Assembly (NCBI RefSeq): GCF_044704955.1
Contig: NC_091991.1
Coordinates: 70,990,001-71,054,000 of the forward strand
Direction of reading: 5' to 3'
DNA: 64,000 nucleotides
DNA from: Pristiophorus japonicus
Taxonomy: Eukaryota
The notes beneath the pieces are model-generated. The model saw nothing but the letters and a program-made list of their open reading frames with translations, made no database searches and was not told the DNA's origin. Both the position numbers and the translations under genes were made by a program. Below are positions 50,474 through 63,845 of the stretch, piece by piece. Numbering within the stretch: the stretch's first letter is position 1; each line of letters starts with the position of its first letter.

Positions 50474-53070
50474 CAGGATGTTGAAACAGTTTGGGTGGAG
50501 ATAAGGAATAAGGTGGGTGTAATCTATAGGCCCCCTAACGGTAGCAACTTTGTTGGTCAGAGCATAAACTAGGAAATAGTGGGGGCTTGTAAAAAGGGAA
50601 CAGTAATAATCATGGAAGATTTTAACCTCCATATTGATGGGACAAATTAAATTGGTCAGGGTAGCCTTCAGGAAGAGTTCAGAGAATGCATAAGGGAAGG
50701 GTTCCTTGAACAGTATATAACGGAATCAACCAGGGGGCAGGCTCTCTTAGATCTGGTACTGTGTAATGAGACAGGATTAATAAACACTCTCGTAGTAAAG
50801 GATCCCCTTGGAATGAGTGATCATAGTATGGTTGAATTTCAAATTCCGATGGAAGGCGAGAAAGTTGGATCTCAAACCGGCGAACTAAGCTTAAATAAAG
50901 GAGACTATGAAGGTATGAGGGCAAAGTTGGCTAAAGTGGACTGGGAAAATAGATTAAAGTGTAGGACTGTTGATGAAGAGTGGTGTACATTTAAGGAGAT
51001 ATTTCACAACTCTCAAGAAAACTATATTCCAGTGAGGAGGAAAGATAGTCATCCGTGGCTAACTAAAGAAATAAAGGATAGTATCCAACTAAAAACAAGA
51101 GCATACAAAGTGGCCAAAACTAGTGGGAGGACAGAAGATTGGGATGCTTTTAAAAGCCAGCAAAGAATGACTAAAAAAATGATTAAGAAAGGGAAGATAG
51201 ACTACGAAAGTAAGCTAGCATGCAATATAAAAACAGACAGCAAGGGTTTCTATAGGTATTTAAAAAGGAAAAGAGTGGCTAAAGTAAATGTTGGTCCTTT
51301 AGAGGACGAGACCGGGGAATTAGTGATGGGGAACATGGAGATGGCAGAAACTCTGAACAAATATTTTGTATCAGTCTTTACGGTAGAGGACACTAACAAT
51401 ATTCCAACAGTGGATAGTCAAGGGGCTATAGTGGGGGGAGAAACTTAACACAATCGCAATCACTTAAGGAGATGGTGCTCAGTAAGATAATGGGACTAAA
51501 GGCGGATAAATCCCCTGGACCTGATGGCTTGCATCCTAGGGTCTTAAGAGAAGTAGCGGCAGGGATAGTGGATGCATTGGTTGTAATTTACCAAAATTCC
51601 CTGGATTCTGGGGAAGTCCCAGCAGATTAGAAAACTGCAAATGTAACGCCCCTATTTAAAAAAAGGAGGCAGACAAAAAGCAAGAAACTATAGACCAGTT
51701 AGCCTAACATCTGTGGTTGGGAAAATGTTGGAGTTCATTATTAAAGAAGCAGTAGCAGGACATTTGGAAAAGCATAATTCAATCAAGCAGAGTCAGCATG
51801 GATTTATGAAGGGGAAGTCACATTTGACAAACTTGCTGGAATTCTTTGAGGATGTAACGAACAGGGTGGATAAAGGGGAACCAGTGGATTTGGTGGATTT
51901 GGATTTCCAGAAGGGATTTGACAAGGTGCCACATAAAAGGTTACTGCACAAGATAAAAGTTCACGGGGTTGGGGGTAATATATTAGCATAGATAGAGGAT
52001 TGGCTAACTAACAGAAAACAAAGAGTCAGGATAAATCGTACATTCTCGGGTTGCCAATCAGTAACTAGTGGGGTGTCGCAGGGATCAGTGCTGGGATCCC
52101 AACTATTTACAATCTATATTAACGATTTGGATGAAGGGACCGAGTGTAACATAGCCAAGTTTGCTGACGATACAAAGATGGGAGGAAAAGTATTGTGTGA
52201 GGAGGACACAAAAAACCTGCAAAAGGACATAGACAGACTAAGTGAGTGGGCAAAAATTTGGCAGATGGAGTATAATGTTGGAAAATGTGAGGTTATGCAC
52301 TTTGACAGGAAAAAATCGAAGAGCAAGTTATTATTGAAATGGAGAAAAATTACATTGTGCTGCAGTACAGCGGGACCTGGAGATCCTGGTGCATGAAACA
52401 CAAAAGGTTAGTATGCAGGTACAGCAAGTGATCAGGAAGGCCAATGAAATATTGGCCTTTATTGCAAAGGAGATGGAGTATAAAAACAGGGAAGTCTTGC
52501 TACAGTTATACAGAGTATTGGTGAGGCCACACCTGGAATACTACGTACAGTTTTGGTTTCCATATTTAAGAAAGGATATACTTGCTTTGGAGGCAGTTCA
52601 GAGAAGGTTCACTAGGTTGATTCCGGAGATGAGGGGGTTGACTTATGAGGAAAGATTGAGTAGGTTGGGCCTCTACTTATTGGAATTCAGAAGAATGAGA
52701 GATGATCTTATCGAAACGTATAAGATTATGAGGGGGCTTGACAAGGTGGATGCAGGGAGGATGTTTCCACTGATAGAGGAGATTAGAATTAGGGGGCATA
52801 ATCTTAGAATAAGAGGCCGCCTATTTAAAACTGAGATGAGGAGGAATTTCTTCTCTCAGAAAGTTGTAAATCTGGAATTTGCTGCCTGAGAGCTGTGGAA
52901 GCTGAGTCATTGAATAAATTTAAGACAGAGATAGACAGTTTCTTAACCAATAAGGGGTATGGGGAGCGGGCGGGGAAGTGGACCTGAGTCCATGATCGGA
53001 TCAGCCATGGTCGTATTAAATGGCGGAGCAGGCTCGAGCGGCCGAATGGCCTACTCCTGCTCCTATTTCT
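50474..53070 (+). mobile_element. CR1 family B, 5'-truncated within EN, inserted in a GGG-terminal MITE-like repeat
   Basis: ORFs 50813-52889 give EN end, RT and C-terminus. Confidence 0.88.
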
Positions 53071-54837
53071 AAAAAAAAGCCCCACAGGTTCCAGGTGCAA
53101 GTGGAGAGCCGACATTCCCTGCTCCCCAAACATTTCAATTGAGGCTAAGTGGGTTTACAAAGTGCCTGGGGATCCAGTGGACCCTGGACTTTGTGAGCAC
53201 TTTATAAAGCAGGTTTGACACCACATTGGATTTCTACTCCATATGACTTTCTCTTGACTCTTGATTTACAATGCCAGTTTAATGTCGGTATGGACCCAAA
53301 ATCACTTCTCACCGGTGCTAAGCTTGCAATGTAAATGCACTCCTAACGTTGGAAATACATTTCTGCCATAAGGCCAGCCTTTTAAATTTTAAAAACCCAA
53401 TTGTATTTAACAGCTCCTGTCAGTACAGATGATGATTGCTATCAGTCACTCCGCATCTTAAGACATGTGATAACATTCACACAAGGGCATTAACAAATAC
53501 AACATCATTATCATGGGTTTGCAGTTGAGTACAATGCAATTCTATGTCCCATACATCTATATATTCTAAAATAATACCATTAGCAATCGCACTGCCTGAA
53601 ATTTGTTCCATCTGCTGTGCTATTTAAGGTCCCATGGGGTTTAACTGCAGCTGGTCGTCTTTGAATAGAGACCCTGTTCTATAGATGCAGAGTTGAGTCA
53701 TTGCACCTGTCCATATTAGAATGTGAGATTGAATAACATGGTTGAGGGATCGTGCATCTATTAATATATTGTGAATACAGTCTGGAATATGACAACTGTG
53801 AGACACTTACAAACTGCAGAACATATGATAGTGTAAAGGACAGGGTTAATTCTCCAGCCGCCTTCTGAAGCCAGTCACTATTATAACAAAGTGTACTTAA
53901 AAGGGGAGTTTTCAGCCTGGTTTGGATTCTGGAAAAGCCTGTTCTGAAGACTCAAATCCAGAATTTTTGGCCACGGGAAAATTTGCACTGCAAATTTGCA
54001 AAAACTGCACATAACGCAGCTTAAACTTTTGCATTGGGTTTTGTTTTAAAACAAATTGAATCAAGGTGGTCAGGCGGTATCAGTGATGCAAAACACAGTG
54101 TACACCATTTCTTGCTTCTCTGTGCATAACCAGTTTTGTGCAAACTTTGCAACCATGTGCCTTTAAATGGTTGTTAAAGTGCTGCTGTGTGCTTCTTCGT
54201 AACTCTTTTAAGATGACGTGCTCCTGATACAGTGGAGGATAATGGAAAGCTGTTAGTGAACTACAAGGCATTAAACTCATTGAGGGATTGTTTTGGATCG
54301 ATAATAATAGACCCAGGTTCGGGATCTGGATGAATGTTAAATAAGAGACAAGACAAATGAAGTAAAGATAAAACATCGTTTAATGAGAGAAAAGAAAATT
54401 AATACAGTTTACGAAGAAAAGAGAAGTATGATAAGATGCAACAAAGCTCACCGCCTTCGGCCCATCTGTAACTCCGCAACGATGGCTGGTCAGGAGCCTT
54501 GGGGGGTCCCGGCACCGCTCGCGAATCACGGTCTAAGGTGAAGTTCAAAGAGCTACTGGACAGTTCCATTCCTTTATACTATTGAACAAACATGGGTGCA
54601 TGTGGCTCATGGCCAACTCCTGATCTGTAAGACCCCAGCTGGTCTTCCACAAAGCATGAGACCTCGAGGCGCCGACCGTCCCATAAACAAGATGGTGTGC
54701 GCATCAAGGCCTCTCTCTCTCTCTCTCTGCATCAACAACATTCCACGAGGCATGAAGCAGAAACAAACTGTAAATGTCGGAATATCATAATTAACCCGAT
54801 GTGATTAACCCTATACAATACAATCCACCCTTGATAT

Positions 54838-55216
54838 TTAGGCATTCTGAGTAATATAATCGAGTTGAAGGCGTAATGCATCAGTTACACGTTGAGTATG
54901 CGCAAGCAACGCCCGCCATCTACACCAAAGAATACATATGAGCAGTAATATCCGTAATAATGCGACGAGTAGAACAGCGATAGGATGTATTAGTAGCTTC
55001 AAAGCGGCGGATGTTTTGGGGACCATCCGTAAAAGATGTCCCACCAATGGTGTACCATAAGGTCAGTGACCGTTGTCGCAACTTGTCTTGCGTACGATCA
55101 GAGTTAGCAAACTGCCACCCTATACGGCCATCTCATGCTGTGTTTGAGGATGGAAGTAGCACAGTCACAGATAACGAGACACAGAGACTTGCCTACACGA
55201 GTTGGTAAGTCGCCAT
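54838..55216 (-). pseudogene. Internally deleted env remnant
   Basis: Acceptor tctcccacag (about 55231), ATG plus hydrophobic leader, then HHWWDIFYGWSP / LLIHPIAVLLV TM segment across frameshifts. Confidence 0.7.
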
Positions 55217-55258
55217 TTTGGGCAGAATTCCTGTGGGAGAAAGCATAAGTATATTAAT

Positions 55259-58200
55259 TCAGCCCTGTTTAGTCAATTTACCCTTGTCAACACAGAGAGG
55301 AATATCTTGACCAGTCAGGAGCACCCAATAAGTGTTTCCTTCTCCTTTTGCTAAGATTTCCCCTGCTTGTAAGGGTTTCTGGGGGTACTGCACCCACACT
55401 TTTCCTCCTTCACAAACTGTGTCCTGAGTCTGATTTTCTTTTTCAATAGTAGGGACACTAACTTTGCCTAACATGTGGCTTATGGGAGCTCCCTCCCACA
55501 ATGGTCTGTGATTCAGATTGCGCATTGCTTGTGGTAAGACCTTTAACCACCCTTGTAATGTGTTACTGGGAGTTAATATTTTAATCTGTTGCTTAAGTAG
55601 TCCATTCATGCATTCTATTAACCCTGCAGCTTGCGGATAGTAAGGTATGTGAAACATCCAATAGATCTCGTTGTCTACCGCCCACTGTTGCACTGTTTGA
55701 CTTGTGAAGTGCGACCCATTATTGGACTGTACTTCTGCTGGCCCACCGTAGTATGTGATTAAATTCTCCATCCTTTAATCGTACTTTGTTGATTCGCTTT
55801 AGTCACTGGATAAGCTATCAAAAGTCCAGAATAGGTATCAACAGCAGTGAGCAAATATTGGAACCGTAAATATTGCAATGGTAAAGGTCCTACATAATCA
55901 ACTTTCCATATTTGTGCTGGTTGAGTCCCTCTCTTAATATGGGCACCGAGTTGTCGTTGTAGGGGAAAATGCTTCACCTTTTGACAAATTTCATCGGTGT
56001 TTATGATCTGTTTAACACCGTCCGTAGTCAAATGTAACCCCCTATTTCGTGCCCATTGTATCGTACCCTGAATGACCAAATGTCCAGATTTGTGGTGGGC
56101 TCACTTGCCTATGTCATATTCTTCCTCTTCTGCCTCTTTGACAGCCCATACCCGGGCTATATTATCAACAGTGTTATTATGTTCAGAGGTCTTTGAAGTG
56201 TTTTTCATGTGAGCGTCCACATGCTATACAGTTATTTTCATCTTCTGGGCTTTGGACCATATTTGTTCCCATAGGTGCTTTCCCCACAAGTCTTTCCCAG
56301 TTATTTGCCAGTTATGTTCATGCCAGTTTCGCATCCAGCTCGCCATGCCATTGGCTACTGCCCATGAGTCAGTATATATGTGTACTCTTCTAACGCAAGA
56401 ACTACAGCTGCTAGTTCTGCTAGCTGGCTGGAGCCTCCCACGCCCTCATCATGCACAATTGTCCGGGTTTTTGGATTGAAGGCAGCGGCTCGCCATCGCC
56501 GAAGGCCATTTCGCCAGACCACTGACCACTGAGCCATCTGTGAACCAGGCATGGCTACGTTCTTCAGGTGCTAACTGTTCAAAAGACATGCCCCAGGAGA
56601 TCGGTGACACTTTGGTTAAACTGACAGACGACTGCATAAGTTCACTCTCAGCTGTTTGTGGGTATTCAGCCACATGCTCATGTAGTCGGGTGATTCCTTC
56701 TTTTCCTTTACTTGCTCTGTCTGTCTGCGATATACCATTTCCAGCGCACTGTGGAGCTTTGCTGCGCTCGCCCGACCTTGTGTGTCTCATTTACTGAGAG
56801 AGCCCAGGATAATATGGGTAGGTCTGGTCTTAAACTGACTTTGTCGTCCCATGTCTATCCTTCTGTTTCTGTTAGGGCCCAATAATATGCTAATAATTGT
56901 TTCTCAAATGGAGTGTAACGAGTAGCAGTATCTGTCAATTTTCTAGACCAGATACCTAACTGTATACGAGTGCCATGTTGAACCTGCCACAAACTCCATA
57001 CTGCAGTATCATTGGTAACAGATACCTGTAGCTCAAAAGGCTGCCCAGGCACTCGCGGGGCTAGGGGTAAAGCTTGAGCTACGGCTTCTTTGGCTGCATC
57101 AAAAGCCACCTGCTGTTCCCTTCCCCACTCGAAGTGGCCCTTTTTTCGTGTTACGGCATACAGCGGTTTTAATAACATCATGAGGTGAGGTATGTGTCTC
57201 CTCCAGTAACCCAGTAGTCCCACAAACTGTTGTGTCTCAGTTTTATTCGTGTGGGTGGCCATTTCTTGAATTTTATTCTTCACAGGCTCGGGTATGATGC
57301 GCTCACCCCGAGACCATTGGATCCCCAGAAACTGGACAGTCTGGCTAGGGCTCTGCACCTTCTTCGGATTTATCTCCCAGCCCCTGTCTCGCATGTGTTG
57401 GACTAAAGTAGCTGGGGTTTCTGACACCACTGCCTCGGTGGGACCCCTTATTAGTACATCATCGATGTAGTGTGCCAGTGAGACATTAGGAGCCAACGTG
57501 CACATGTCCAGGTCCCAGGCCACCAATCCGTGGTATAGGGTAGGGCTATGTAGGTAACCCTGAGCTAGGTGTTTAAACGTGTATTGCCTCCCTTCCCAAG
57601 TGAATGCAAACTGGTCCTGGAATCCTTCCGCTATTGGAATGGAGAAAAAGGCATTGGCCAGGTGGATTACTGTATACCACTCCGCACCTTCAGACAGCCG
57701 CTCTGTTATAGTTACTACATCTGGGACAACGGTTGCCAGGGGAGGGGCAAATTTGTTCAGTTGTCAGTTGTCCACAGTCATCCTCCAACTTTTGTCGGGT
57801 TTCTGCACAGGCCAAACAGGGCTATTGTAGGGGGACACCGCATGTCTAATGATACCCGCCTCCAAGAGCCCTTGTATGGTTTCCCCTATTTCTTTCTGTC
57901 CCCCAGGTATTTGGTACTGTTTCATAGTCACTATACGGGATGGCCGTGGTATTACCACTGGTTCCCACTTTGCTTCCCCTGCAATCACAGTGATCGCCCG
58001 TATCCCGAATGAGAATTGCCCGACCGAAGTGTTGTGTGTGGTTCCCTTTAAAAAGTCCATCCCAATAATATGTTCCTTTACTGCCGATATTAAGACCGTT
58101 ACCCAGCGCGGAGGCCCATTTCCCAATGCCATTCTGATAGTTGTTCGGAGAGTGGGTGTTTCTGCCCCTCCGAACCCATTAATCATCATATGGGTCCCTG

Positions 58201-58300
58201 TGTGTTTCCTAGAATTTCCATGGACAATAGTAACTTCTGCCCCTGTGTCTAGCATCTCTTTGTATGTTCCCCCCCCCGCGAATGTATCGTAATCAGAACG
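55259..58300 (-). pseudogene. ERV pro-pol: protease (LDTGA), RT (YNSPVWPV, YIDD), RNase H (WFTDGS), integrase (WKVDYVGPLP, VDTYSG, HIPYYPQAAGLIE)
   Basis: Fragmented ORFs 57764-58255, 56855-57526, 56355-56790, 55759-56079 and 55259-55771. Confidence 0.92.
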
Positions 58301-59972
58301 TGTGGCCTCAGGCTCCCGGGAGCTTGGGTTGATGTGGTTCTAACGGGGAGTACTCCTGGATCCCGGCCACACACCTTGTCGAGGGGATTACTAGCCTTCC
58401 ACAGCTCTTCTACGTTGGGGTATAGGCTAGCGGGAGGTGGTTTCTCCGCATCCGCAGACTTATCACTATCCGACTTAGTCTCCCTTACCTCCTTCCTTTC
58501 ACCCTTCCCTGTTCCCGGGATGCAGTGTTGCTTCCACATAGAATACATCGCTCCTGTTGGGATTCCATCAATTTTTTCCTTGGGGACCCCTGCCTTCAGT
58601 ACAGCCGCGAACATGTCCGTCCGCGTAATTCTTTTTTTTGTCTTTCCTGACCCTGTACCTTTCCCAGAGGTCGAACCTTGTCGCTGGTCCTGATCCCCCT
58701 CTACATTAGCCGTTCTCGACTCTCGCGCACTATCTTCTACATCCTCTAACTGTCCTAACAATAGACAAGCGTGCCCCACCCGCTGCCCTTGGGCTGGCCC
58801 CAATAATGCGAGTAGCGCACCCCTCATCATAGGAGGGCCACTCTTCATCAGCCTGCTCTGCATTCCTGCCGTAAAGAACTCCTGATCTGGCCCCCCATAT
58901 GGTTGGTGATATAATCCTCCCTGAGTTGCCATGTTGCACAACTGTATCGCACCCTCCGCCATAGTATTCCAAGGTTTTACCTCCCCTTCCCAATCAACGG
59001 CAGAGGGATATTTTTGCCGGACCCCTATAGTAACCATGTCCCATAGCGAACCTGTGCCCTGGACATTCCATAGCACTGCTGTGATATGGTGGTCCGTAGT
59101 CATAGTCCCCATTTTTGTTAACTCTTCGGGGTTAAGTATTACGCCTGATGCTCCCTGGTCCCAAATCCGGGTTAGCCATTCTGACAATGATTCCCTGGGT
59201 TTTTGGCGAAATTGAGACCCTATTTCTTGTAACTCACTAGTGGTGAAGTCACGCACCCCTCTAGTGGTTACCGGCTGTTCCCCATCTTGCTGTTTTGTTT
59301 TATTTGTCATAAGGGATCTAGTTTCCGTGCTCGGAGTGTATGGGGGAGTGTCTTTAGTTTCCTCCCGTTTCCCCCCCCCCCTTTCCATCTGTCCACTCAT
59401 ATTCTGAGTCAGAGGAGTACCAGATGTCTCCGTCCCAACGAGCCAGATCCCAAGTGGGTCCAGTTACCAATGCACATACCTTTGACCGATCTATCTAATT
59501 TCCGTCGTCTAGCTTTCTTTTTATTTTGTACTGTCGCCAGACGGCATATTAAAGTTTCTGATTGTTCATTGACTTTGTCCGCCCGTTCTTGTGCAGTGCA
59601 GACCGCTTCAGTCAGAGTCGAGTTTTGACTTTCCAAAACCTTAACAGATGTTTTTAACTGTAGGTTTTCTGCCTCACTTTCCTTAAGTTGTTTACACATC
59701 GCCCTTAATGCTGTCAACAAAATCCATCCCATTTGTGTGGGACTACTTTTCTCCTGTGGGAAGCCCGCTTCCTCCAGGAGAGACAGTACCGCGTGGGGTA
59801 CGGTTCTATCTTTGCTCTGTTCCAATAACTGCGTATCCCAATGTTGCGGGGGTCCAAACCGGGCTCGCACATTGGCAAGAGAGCCAATACCCTCGTCCCT
59901 CGTGCTCCACCCTGGTATTCTATACTTCTCTCCCGCAGGAGGAGACTGTTTCTTGTCTTTTCTCTGAAACAT
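58249..59972 (-). pseudogene. ERV-L/Fv1-like gag, frameshifted
   Basis: RQKPRESLSEWLTRIWDQG resembles the ERV-L/Fv1 gag core; ATG at 59972 just after the PBS; no CCHC knuckle seen. Confidence 0.82.
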
Positions 59973-61744
59973 TTTACCAGATCCTGTTCGTGACGCCAAA
60001 ATGTTTTGGATTGATAATAATAGACCCAGGTTCGTGATCTGGATGAATGTTAAATAAGAGATAAGACAAATGAAGTAAAGATAAAACACCGTTTAATGAG
60101 AGAAAAGAAACATAATACAGTTTACGAAGAAAAGAGAAGTATGATAAGATGCAACAAAGCTCACAGCCTTCGGCCCGTCGGGAACTCCGCAACGACGGCT
60201 GGTCAGGAGCCTTGGGGGTCCCGGCACCGCTCGCGAATCACGGTCCAAGGTGGAGTTCAAAGAGCTACTGGACAGTTTCATTCCTTTATACTATTGAACA
60301 AACATGGGTGCATGTGGCTTATAGCCAACTCCTAATCTGTATGGCCCCAGCTGTTCTTCCACAGAGCATGAGACCTCGAGGCGCCATCCGTCCCATAAAC
60401 AAGATGGTGTGAGCATCAATGTCTCTCTCTCTCTCTCTCCCTCTCTCTCTCTGCATCAACAACATTCCACGAGACATGAAGCAGAAACACACTGTAAATG
60501 TCGGAATATCATAATCAACCCTATGTGATTAACCCTATACAATACAGGGATGAGGTGACATCATGCACTGTAAATGTGAAGCTCAAACATGATTTGAAGT
60601 TATAAATGGGGTTGCATCAGAAATGGCACATTTGGCCATCCATTAATTCGTTATTTGGCATCCATTGTCTTACCCGATTCCTTGAAAGCTTTTCTTTCCA
60701 ATGCACTGGTCTTTTCCTTGGTGCAGGAAACGTTCAAGTGCTGCGTTACAGAGGCTATAGCGTAACTTTAAACCTGGACCCGAAGCATTGCTCAGTGTCT
60801 GAACAGGAAGTGTCCAACAGCATTATCATCCTTCCTCCCCAGAAGGTTACAGCAGAATGAATTGTTAGTCATAGATAGTATTTTTGAGACTGTACAGAAA
60901 AAATTATGGACCATAGGTTATAGATTTATTATTCATGTAATTACTGATTGGAACAGAAGGTTTTGCAGAGTGCACAGGGACTTAGGCAACCCATCTTTCA
61001 GGATGAATCTCCTATCTAGTGGAGTGGAACCTTGAGCGAAAAAAAAAAAATCCTTTTGTCCAGCTGTTTTAATCCATAATTAATATACATTCTTCAGCCC
61101 ATATTCTCTCATTTGTTTATAATAGTTTCTAAAACCTTGTATTTACACTGGAATCACCATGACAAGTGGTAGAGATTACTAACAGTGAATTAGTAAATTG
61201 CCCAATAGAGGGCAGGCCATGGCTGTATTTTCTGAGTTTCAGTCCCGGGCCTTTGTTTACGGATATCACAGCCCTGTATAAATTAAAGCACTCATAGGAA
61301 TCAAGCTATCTCTTTGTCTCGTAAAGTACATCATTTGTAAGCCCTCGATAAGCGAGTAAGATTGTTTCTCAGTATAACATTTGAGTTTTAAGATTGGCCA
61401 TGTCTTTGAACAATTAGATGGTTTTGTAAGCCAATCCCAGAGAGACACACTTTGCCACAAAGCTGACATATGAAAAACAACCCAATTTATGGTATTTCAG
61501 CTTCTTCCCAATCAATAACTATCAATGGAACGATTCTGGAGAATGTAGACTACTTTGCATTACTTTGTCATTAAAGTACAAAATGCAAGTGTTGCACTGG
61601 CCAGCATAGAGAATATTGTAGAATATCATACTGGAATTCGGGGCCTGGAATATTTGGCTGTATTTGGACTTGTACTGAAAGCTTCTGAAATATATTAGAT
61701 TATTTCATTTCACATCTTAAAATGCTTGTGAAAGAGGGCGTTAA

Positions 61745-61998
61745 GGGGGCAATTTTAACCCTACTCGCTCAGCAGAAACTTGGTGACTGTACTGGCTCTT
61801 ACCTGTCCCAAAACCACCATGATCACAACATCGGCAGTTTTAACCTGCTCTCCTGAGCTGGCAACAAGGACACGCACCCAGAGCCAACAGGGTCCTTCTT
61901 TGCATATGCATTTTGCGGCCCAATGACATAATTAAGACTCGACTGTAATTTTAATTCAGTCCTGAGCGGGGAATCCACCTGGGGTTAAAATCAGGGCC
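61745..61998. mobile_element. GGG-terminal MITE-like repeat (a related one at about 62150-62796)
   Basis: Imperfect TIRs GGGGGCAATTTTAACCC / GGGTTAAAATCAGGGCC. Confidence 0.5.
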
Positions 61999-63015
61999 TA
62001 GGGCACAGTTAAGTGCTATTACCACTAAGTACTCACCTAGAGTATTTGGGATTGAATTGGGCGTTCACTAGTCCCTAGCAGTGTGCTTTTCAAGTCTATA
62101 ACCAAATTTATTTAAGGGAGACTGTTCATTACATTATAAAGAATAAACAATGGTCCCGATCTTGACTGGGGCAGGATTTGTGAGCAGGGAGGAGGAGTTT
62201 TGATCTGGATGCATGCAGTGCAGTTTTAACATCACAGTGGTGTCATTTTTTTCAGCAGGTTCCCCAACCAGAAGCCATGAGTACATAGGGAGCTTGCAGC
62301 TGGGTTAATGGTCGTGTATGGTGGGGAAGGTGGGGGGGGGGGGAAGTGGGGTCTGAAATGTGGGGGTGGTTGGCGATCCCAGTGGGGGGGTGCAGGGATC
62401 TCATCGAGGGTAGATCAGCGGTGCCAAGTTGGGTAGTGAGGGGATTCGATGGTGGGCAAGGAAGCCGGTAAGCTAGGTGGGCTGGGAGGAAGCACTCCTG
62501 CTCCTATTGACCCATGAAGCAGACCTCACCTCCCTTTAGCTGCCGGGTTTCCCGAAGCCCTGGAAACCCAGTCGGCCAGGGTTAAACCTGAAAGATAGGT
62601 TAAATCTGAGGCACACAGCCTCGTTATAATATTTAAATGACCAACCCACCTCCTGTGAGTGGGTTGGTTGTTCTCGCCCCCCGTCCCGCTTCCGTTAAAA
62701 CCGGAATTGGGCGGGTTGGGGTCAGATTTGAGATTTTAAACATTTTTACACTCACCCGACCCAAACCCAGTAGTTTTTGGGGCTTAAAATTCCTCCCAAT
62801 GTCTCTGAGCGTTTTAGAGCATAACACACTCTAGGGCTTCAGATCACCATCATTAACCATCGCTTTTGCTGATATCACCAAGCCCCTTGTACCATGCACT
62901 CATCCATTAGGAATCCTCTACCTATTTATTCTGTTTCATTTTGTCTTTCAAAGTTACATGCTTTTTTAAAAAAAAAACTTTCTTCTTGTATTCCTGTCTA
63001 TTGTACATTTCCAAG

Positions 63016-63261
63016 CTGTGAGGAAAAATTTCTTGGAGATGATATCAGTGCTACTACAACATGGGGCGCTTATAAACCGGCCCTGTGTTAGGCGGTGGAC
63101 AGCAATGCATGAAGCAGCCAAACGAGGGCATGATGACATGGTGGCACTGCTGCTGAGGAACAATGGAAGCGTCAATCAGAAGGATGGCTACGGAGTAACT
63201 CCTGTTGCCACTGCTGCTGCATTTGGACACTGCAGTGTGTTGGAGCATCTGATACATAAAG
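63016..63261 (+). CDS. ASB15: ASB15 coding exon 5 (AVRKNFLEMISVLL..WTAMHEAAKRG..GVTPVATAAAFGHCSVLEHLIHKG)
   Basis: Ankyrin repeats matching human ASB15; aag/gtacc boundaries, phase 1. Confidence 0.95.
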
Positions 63262-63296
63262 GTACCATAAGAAAATGTCACTAACAATAACATGAC

Positions 63297-63783
63297 CTAC
63301 ATAAGAACATAAGAAATATGAGCAGGAGTAAGCCATATGGCCCCTCAATCTTGCTCCGCCATTCAATAAGATCATGTCTGATCTTCGCTCTCAACTCCAC
63401 TTTCCCACCCTATCCTTATATCCCTTGATTCCCTTAGTGTCTAAAAATCTAATGATCTCCATCTTAAATATACTCAATGACTCAGCTTCCACAGGCATCT
63501 GGGGCAGAAAATTCCAAAGATGGACAACCCTCTGAGTGAAAAAAGTACTCCTCATCTCAGTCCTAAATGGCCGACCCCTTATCCTGAGACTATGCCCCCT
63601 CATTCTAGACTCTCCAGCCAAGGGAAACAACCTCTCAGCTTCTATCCTGTCAAGTCCTCGAAGAATTTTATTCATTTCAATGAGATCTCATTTTTTTAAA
63701 CTCCAGACAATACATGCTCATTCTACTCAATCTCTCTTCATAGGACAACCCTATCATCCTAGAAATCAATCTAGTGAACCTGT
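63297..63783 (-). mobile_element. CR1 3' fragment filling most of a short ASB15 intron
   Basis: ORF 63391-63675 is a CR1 C-terminus; tail cataagaacataag. Confidence 0.85.
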
Positions 63784-63845
63784 AGGAAGTATGACTTTTA
63801 TCCAGGTTGCTTATTCCAGTGTGGAATGCCTTGTTTTGTCTGCAG

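Larger units (their letters stand above)
54289..60546 (-). mobile_element. Class III (ERV-L-like) endogenous retrovirus, defective
   Basis: LTRs 54289-54822 and 60002-60546; TSD GGGAT; PBS 59981-59998; PPT AAGGGTGGAT; gag-pro-RT(YIDD)-RH-IN order. Confidence 0.93.

Noticed and set aside
59973-60089. Hydrophobic N-terminal extension of ORF 59409-60089 as a glyco-gag-like leader
   Set aside because: Starts at a non-ATG codon inside U5 and reflects T-rich LTR sequence; the plausible gag ATG is at 59972.
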